DNA of 32,408 nt, from NCBI GenBank assembly GCA_050287085.1, contig JBNKBE010000017.1, positions 1 through 32,408 on the forward strand, written 5' to 3'. The DNA is from Polyangiaceae bacterium (GTDB lineage: Bacteria > Myxococcota_A > Polyangia > Polyangiales > Polyangiaceae). Below, piece by piece: positions 27,694 to 32,408 of the stretch (positions within the stretch are counted from its first letter, which is position 1; each line of letters starts with the position of its first letter). The notes under the pieces were generated by a model. It ran no database searches and was not told the DNA's origin. It saw only the letters and a program-made list of their open reading frames with translations. A program made the translations under genes and the position numbers.

Positions 27694-27728
27694 GTAACAG
27701 TTTTAGTTTCACATAAGAGCCTTGTCAA
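27694..27728 (-). promoter_or_regulatory. Rrf2 promoter with overlapping operator
   Basis: Minus strand TTGACA (27728-27723), 17 bp, TAAAAC (27705-27700); GTAAC-N7-GTTTC at 27694-27710 covers the -10. Confidence 0.65.
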
Positions 27729-27980
27729 GGCCCGAATTCTGGGCCCGCCCAACACAGTCCCTTGCCTGTGCCGGCTGCTCTGGGCTTGTCGCTCGGGCTG
27801 CTACGAGCAGGGCGGCTCACCCTGCGGAGCGGCCATGGCCTGCACAACGCCTGTCCGGGCTGGCTGACCCCGCCGGCATAGCGCAAGAGAAGCCACGCTG
27901 CGCTCACTGGCGCCAGCCATTGGGAACGGTCGGGGCGTTCGGGTTGGCGTGGGTGGTACGCGGGGCGTAAAAGGCAACGG

Positions 27981-28472
27981 GTGAAGATTGAGCAACTGGA
28001 AGCGGGTGCAGAGGGGCGACTCCGCGCGATTCGATTGCGGGCATTGGAAGACGCCCCGAAGGCATTCGGGAGCACCTTGGAAGAGGTCAGAGCCAGACCG
28101 AGAGAGAGTTGGACAGAACAGCTCATGTCGCTACCGACGTTCGTGGCTGTTCGAGACGGGGTGGACGTTGGGGTGGTGCGCTACGCGCCGAACGGCAACG
28201 CTAGCGAGGAGGGAACCCTAGTCTCGCTGTGGGTCGCGCCGGATGCTCGTGGGCAGGGCGTCGGAGAAGCGTTGATTGACGCTTGCGTGACGTTGGCTCG
28301 TTCACGTGGTGTGGGGCAGCTCTCGCTGGACGTTGGCGACGACAACGCTGCTGCCATTGCCCTGTACGAGAGGAAGGGCTTCGTTCCAACAGGCGAGACG
28401 AGTGGGCGCAAGGGGCCGAGCGAAAACACCGGCGAGCATCGACGGGTACTCGTCTTGCGCCGGGTACCCTAG
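27981..28472 (+). CDS. GNAT N-acetyltransferase
   Basis: RAIRLRALEDAPKAFGST, SLWVAPDARGQGVGEAL, LDVGDDNAAAIALYERKGF. Confidence 0.92.
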   Translation: MKIEQLEAGAEGRLRAIRLRALEDAPKAFGSTLEEVRARPRESWTEQLMSLPTFVAVRDGVDVGVVRYAPNGNASEEGTLVSLWVAPDARGQGVGEALIDACVTLARSRGVGQLSLDVGDDNAAAIALYERKGFVPTGETSGRKGPSENTGEHRRVLVLRRVP

Positions 28473-28876
28473 CGCAGCGACGGAGCCATCAGCCGGAATG
28501 GCTGGGGACGGGCACAACGATCCTGGCAAATGGAGATGCCCTGTACTGCAGCGGCGCAGAAAGCGGCCAGGTCCCTCGCCGATTCGCCAAGCCGTTGTCG
28601 CCTCGAGCAAATGCCGCGCGCTACTCATCTCGGGGCTGTCAGGATGGGAGACACTGCTCTTCTGCCCGCAGGCGGGCGGCACACGCTTGAAGCTTCTGCC
28701 GAGGATGGCGACCGCTGCCACAAACACCCTTGACGTCGCTTCGGCCTCCTGCCTCGTAGCCACCTCGAATGCAGCATTCTCTTTGCCTAATGAGCAGTCA
28801 CACCCGCCCCCCAATCGGGCCAATTCCAGCTTGACTGCGCAACGCCGCTGCCGCTAACACACGCAAGCGAAGGGGA

Positions 28877-30205
28877 GTGAGGCTCAAGAAAGGACAAGCG
28901 GTGACGATCCAGACGTACAGCGCTGAAGAAGCCTTTAGGCGAACCATAGCCAACAAGTGTGCCCTATACCCTTCTCCGAAGAGACGCAAGGACTCGCTGG
29001 TACCCTTTCCCAAGGTAGCGCATACGGCCCCCTTTCGCTTCGATAGGTCGGCCCCCATCTACGCCGTCGGGTCCTGTTTCGCTCGCAACGTAGAGTTGAG
29101 CCTGGAGGAGCGCGGCTTCAATGTGGCCTCACTGCCGCAGCCAGATTCCCCGCTTAGCCAGGTCGCCGGGGGCAGGTCTCTCTTCAACAAGTACGCCCCC
29201 CATGCCATCGAACAGGAGCTTAGCTGGGCCCTCCACCCAGACGTGACTCATCCGGGCGATCTTGCGTTCCTTCGCTTGAAAGAGGATGAGTATCTCGATC
29301 CTCACTTTGGCGGCTCGCACATCGTGCCGCTGCCAGAGCTTCAGGCGCTGAGGGCGGCATACAACACGCACATTCAGGGTATCAAGCAATGCCCCGTCTT
29401 GATCATCACACTGGGTCTCGTGGAGTGCTGGTATGACAAGGAGCTTGACCTCTACCTGAACCTGGCGCCTCCCCACGCAGCAATCGCAGCTTACCCCGGG
29501 CGCTTCGAGTTCCGGGTTCTTGACTACGCCGAGGTGCTGGAGAGTTTGGAGCGCAGCTATGGGTTGCTCCAGCGCTTCGGACACCCAGAGCTGAAGCTGC
29601 TCGTCACCGTGTCTCCCGTTCCGCTCGCGCGGACCTTCCGCGATGACGACGTGTTGCAAGCGAGCTGCTACTCAAAGTCCGTACTGCGCGCGGCCGTTGA
29701 GGTATTTCGCCTGAACAAGGAGAACGTCGCCTACTTCCCCTCCTATGAAATCGTCACTCTGGCAGACCGAGCGGTAGCGTGGGGGAATGCTGACTACCGC
29801 CATGTAAACCCCAACATGGTGGCAAGAGTGATGCAGGCGGCGCTGTCGCCCTACGTGGGCGACGATCTCTTCGTCCCCTTCGACGAAGGTCGGCTTCTCT
29901 ACAAGCAGCGCGAATACGAGAAGTGCTTGGAGGTCATGTTGCCCCTAGCCCAAGAGCCTGACGCAAACTACCTGGTCCGTTGGACCTGCGCATTGTGCTT
30001 CAAGCACCTAGGGCGTCAGGCAGAGATGCTCGAGTACATGGCCCTCGCCTCACAAGCGGATCCGTCCCGCACTGAGCCTTTTGTCCAACGCCTGCGGGTC
30101 CTGTCCAAGCTTGACCGTCGCGATGAGGTGGCCGCAATCCTGGCGGGAGACTTGCCAGCTAGCGTGGCTGATGAGCTCCGCTCGCGATATGGAGCGAGCG
30201 CGTAA
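28877..30205 (+). CDS. GSCFA-domain (SGNH-like) protein with C-terminal TPR-like region (start may be GTG 28901)
   Basis: YAVGSCFARNV, ITLGLVECW, TVSPVPL, YSKSVLRAA, YFPSYEI, DYRHV. Confidence 0.9.
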   Translation: MRLKKGQAVTIQTYSAEEAFRRTIANKCALYPSPKRRKDSLVPFPKVAHTAPFRFDRSAPIYAVGSCFARNVELSLEERGFNVASLPQPDSPLSQVAGGRSLFNKYAPHAIEQELSWALHPDVTHPGDLAFLRLKEDEYLDPHFGGSHIVPLPELQALRAAYNTHIQGIKQCPVLIITLGLVECWYDKELDLYLNLAPPHAAIAAYPGRFEFRVLDYAEVLESLERSYGLLQRFGHPELKLLVTVSPVPLARTFRDDDVLQASCYSKSVLRAAVEVFRLNKENVAYFPSYEIVTLADRAVAWGNADYRHVNPNMVARVMQAALSPYVGDDLFVPFDEGRLLYKQREYEKCLEVMLPLAQEPDANYLVRWTCALCFKHLGRQAEMLEYMALASQADPSRTEPFVQRLRVLSKLDRRDEVAAILAGDLPASVADELRSRYGASA

Positions 30206-30245
30206 TCTGCACGGCCTTGGTGAAGCCACGACCAGCCATGTTCCG

Positions 30246-32120
30246 TCACATCAGGCGACTTCCAGGAATCTTGGACACCTTCTTGACGACCCACTTGTTC
30301 AGATTCGCGCAGCAGACAAACGTCTCGGGCACCCCTTCAGGAAGACACTCCACCAGTGCTCGGACGCGAGCACCCCAGTCCTGACGACGTTTCGCACGGC
30401 TGAACGCAAATACATCGGAGAACTGCAAGACGACAACGTATAGGGGCCGCTCGGGAGAGAATCGTAGCTTCTTGCGGGTCAACCAAAGGCGGGAGATATG
30501 CGGTAGATCGGCCGCTTCGGAGCGCAGCAGCTCAGCGTAGTGGTCATTGTCGGCGCGCTCGAAGGTGTCTTTCTTGGTGAGCTCGTCGCGCTCCTGGGCA
30601 GCTAGCGCCCTCTGATGCTCATGTTCCTCCGCCTGATCGACGTGGTGGTTCGCGCGGTCGCGATCACCGCGAGCGTAGTACAACTGCGAAAGCATGCGGT
30701 GAATAACGCCGCCAAGCTCCGGCGCCGTGTTCAAGCAATGCAGCAGAAACCCCTCGCACCGTGGATCTTTTCGTTCGAGATAGAGTCTGCCGGCACCGAA
30801 GTGCGCGCCAAGAGCGTCGGAGTCGGCCGCCGCCAGATCCAGGTAAATGCTCAGCGCCGCCTCATCCTCTCCCACCTCTTCGAGTAGCCGTGCCCGCTCC
30901 TGCTTGCCCGCGGCGTCGAGCTCCTCCAGGGGGACAGCCGCGATTGCCGCGCGTTGTTGCTCATGAGTCTCGAATGCCGCTTTCCACGATTCGGCCGCAT
31001 CTGACGCGAATGCATGGTTTGATTGCTCCAGGAGCACAGGCAGCGCTGCCCCGAGCCATAGGTGAGCCGCGCTGCGCTCCACGGGTGCAGGCAACGTGGG
31101 AGCCGCACCTATGGCCGCAAGCCGGTCCTGAAGAGCAGGGTGAGTATCGGCGGTATCCGTGTACCGTGCCAGCGCATGCCGCAACCGTCCTTCCACGACA
31201 TCACCCATGACCGCCTGCGCGAAGGCCTGCTCACGGCGCTGCTCAAAATCGAGGGGTGGCTGGGGAGTTCGACGCGCTTCCTCACGAAGGCGCGGCCAGA
31301 AGTCTTCGTCCAAGGACTGACCTACAAGCTCGGTCCGAATCAAAGCGTGGGCTGCGTGGGTCGCCCCCACCAGCGCTACACTCATCTGATCAGCTTCGTA
31401 TTCGGCGTCCCGGGCCAAGGCGAATGACACCGCCGAGAAGCGAGGAAGATACCACCGGAGAAAACGCGTCAGGGGCGTCCGCCGCGACGTGTCGATCTGC
31501 TCCAGCATCTGGCTCCAGGCGCGTCGCATGCGGTAGATGCGGGCGCCCCATTGGCCGTGGGCCCTGGACAGATGTCCAAATTCATGCGCCAGCACCGCTT
31601 CCGCCTCTTCGGGACGTAACGCCATGAGCAGCGGCAGGCCGACCACCAGCGTGTAGCGGTACCAGGGCAAGACTCGCAGAATGGGCGTCGCGGCGACACC
31701 CGCGTTGAAGTCCGAAACCAACAGCACTTGATGCAAGCGCTTGGCCCGCGCGGCGCTGCGCAAGCGCTCAATGACCCGAAAGAGCTCCGGGTACTGCTCG
31801 GGCAACAGCGGCGCTCCTTGTGGCGCTTCCAGCTTCACCCACAAGGCCTTGAACAGTGAAAAGAGCAAAACCGGGATAGCGAGCAGCAACTTTCCTACTT
31901 TGAGGACTAGCCAGATCCCCTTGCCGCTCATCAGCAATGCCGCCGCTAGCGCCAGTATGAGTAACCCAAACACCAACAAGCTACCCATGGCGAGGTAGCC
32001 CAGGGCCAGCCATCCCCCAACTTCAATCCGGTAGAGCAGCGGAGTTCGTCGCGCTCGACGCTCGCACTTCTCAACCAACGCTCTCCACTCCGCATCGCGC
32101 ATTGCCGCCTCTCTCCGCAA
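30246..32120 (-). CDS. M48-family membrane zinc metallopeptidase with TPR-like C-terminus (start 32120 or 32102)
   Basis: N-terminal TMs, DFNAG, LVVGLPLL, VLAHEFGH, EYEAD, DTHPAL..RL. Confidence 0.92.
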   Translation of the reverse strand: MRREAAMRDAEWRALVEKCERRARRTPLLYRIEVGGWLALGYLAMGSLLVFGLLILALAAALLMSGKGIWLVLKVGKLLLAIPVLLFSLFKALWVKLEAPQGAPLLPEQYPELFRVIERLRSAARAKRLHQVLLVSDFNAGVAATPILRVLPWYRYTLVVGLPLLMALRPEEAEAVLAHEFGHLSRAHGQWGARIYRMRRAWSQMLEQIDTSRRTPLTRFLRWYLPRFSAVSFALARDAEYEADQMSVALVGATHAAHALIRTELVGQSLDEDFWPRLREEARRTPQPPLDFEQRREQAFAQAVMGDVVEGRLRHALARYTDTADTHPALQDRLAAIGAAPTLPAPVERSAAHLWLGAALPVLLEQSNHAFASDAAESWKAAFETHEQQRAAIAAVPLEELDAAGKQERARLLEEVGEDEAALSIYLDLAAADSDALGAHFGAGRLYLERKDPRCEGFLLHCLNTAPELGGVIHRMLSQLYYARGDRDRANHHVDQAEEHEHQRALAAQERDELTKKDTFERADNDHYAELLRSEAADLPHISRLWLTRKKLRFSPERPLYVVVLQFSDVFAFSRAKRRQDWGARVRALVECLPEGVPETFVCCANLNKWVVKKVSKIPGSRLM

Positions 32121-32267
32121 TCATCGACCTGCATGGTAGCTCAAGCGAACGCCGCCCGGGGCATCGTCGGAACTCGGCCACCGAGTGGAGCTAACACGAA
32201 TCGCCGAATGCCATCAAGCACAGCGGGCGCTGTGGTTGCTCACCACACAGCCTAGCCCAAAGCGCGT

Positions 32268-32325
32268 CCTCACCCGACGTGAGGTCGCCCCCCTTTGACC
32301 CTCAGGCGACGTGAGGTCGCACCCT
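32268..32325 (+). promoter_or_regulatory. MerR-type promoter with 19-bp spacer and duplicated operator
   Basis: TTGACC (32295-32300), 19 bp, CACCCT (32320-32325) enclosing CCTCA-N7-TGAGG; a second copy CCTCAC-N5-GTGAGG at 32268-32284. Confidence 0.75.
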
Positions 32326-32337
32326 ATCCTCATCACC

Positions 32338-32408
32338 GTGAACGAAGCAAAGCCCTCTCCCCCCTCCCCCAAGGTAGCCGCCGTGGCCCGTCGCACGGGC
32401 GTGTCCGT
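32338..32408 (+). CDS. MerR-family regulator, N-terminal fragment (runs off the window)
   Basis: GTG 32338 gives VNEAKPSPPSPKVAAVARRTGVSV, the start of a MerR HTH, directly after a MerR-type promoter. Not in the ORF track. Confidence 0.75.
   Translation, partial: MNEAKPSPPSPKVAAVARRTGVS

Noticed and set aside
27722..27970. 82-aa ORF upstream of the GNAT gene
   Set aside because: TTG start within the Rrf2 promoter, no RBS and no recognisable domain.
28473..28876. Possible gene between the GNAT and GSCFA genes (ORFs 28302..28823 and 28306..28857)
   Set aside because: No recognisable motif, and both overlap the GNAT gene; a relic cannot be excluded.

Overview
GC-rich bacterial DNA, most likely a myxobacterium (Polyangiaceae/Sorangiineae-like, judged from two MYXO-CTERM proteins, an SCE4755-type LPMO-like protein and the ECF/anti-sigma style). 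Left to right: an 18-bp tandem array at the 3' end of a PAS histidine kinase, which is translationally coupled to a small 3-TM protein; a membrane sulfatase-like enzyme; a small lipoprotein; a His-brace LPMO-like surface protein; ilvY and ilvC separated by an inserted Cys-rich surface-protein gene, each with its own tandem IlvY-type operator pair; RMD1, trmO, gph, ttcA, sodN-sodX and a panE-like gene. Then comes the best candidate for an undescribed system: an ECF sigma factor, a membrane anti-sigma factor, a GH8-fold lipoprotein lacking its catalytic residues, and a convergent 'APxGCP' beta-barrel-like protein. Two GT4 glycosyltransferases flank a Tat-exported START/SRPBCC protein, followed by ssrA (tmRNA, tag ANDNAIALAA). 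Downstream of ssrA lies a decayed accessory region: gene relics including an IS66-like tail, a tandem SnoaL lipoprotein, an Rrf2 pseudogene, a GNAT, a GSCFA protein, an M48 peptidase, and the start of a MerR regulator at the right edge. Family calls rest on motif recognition only; no searches were run.
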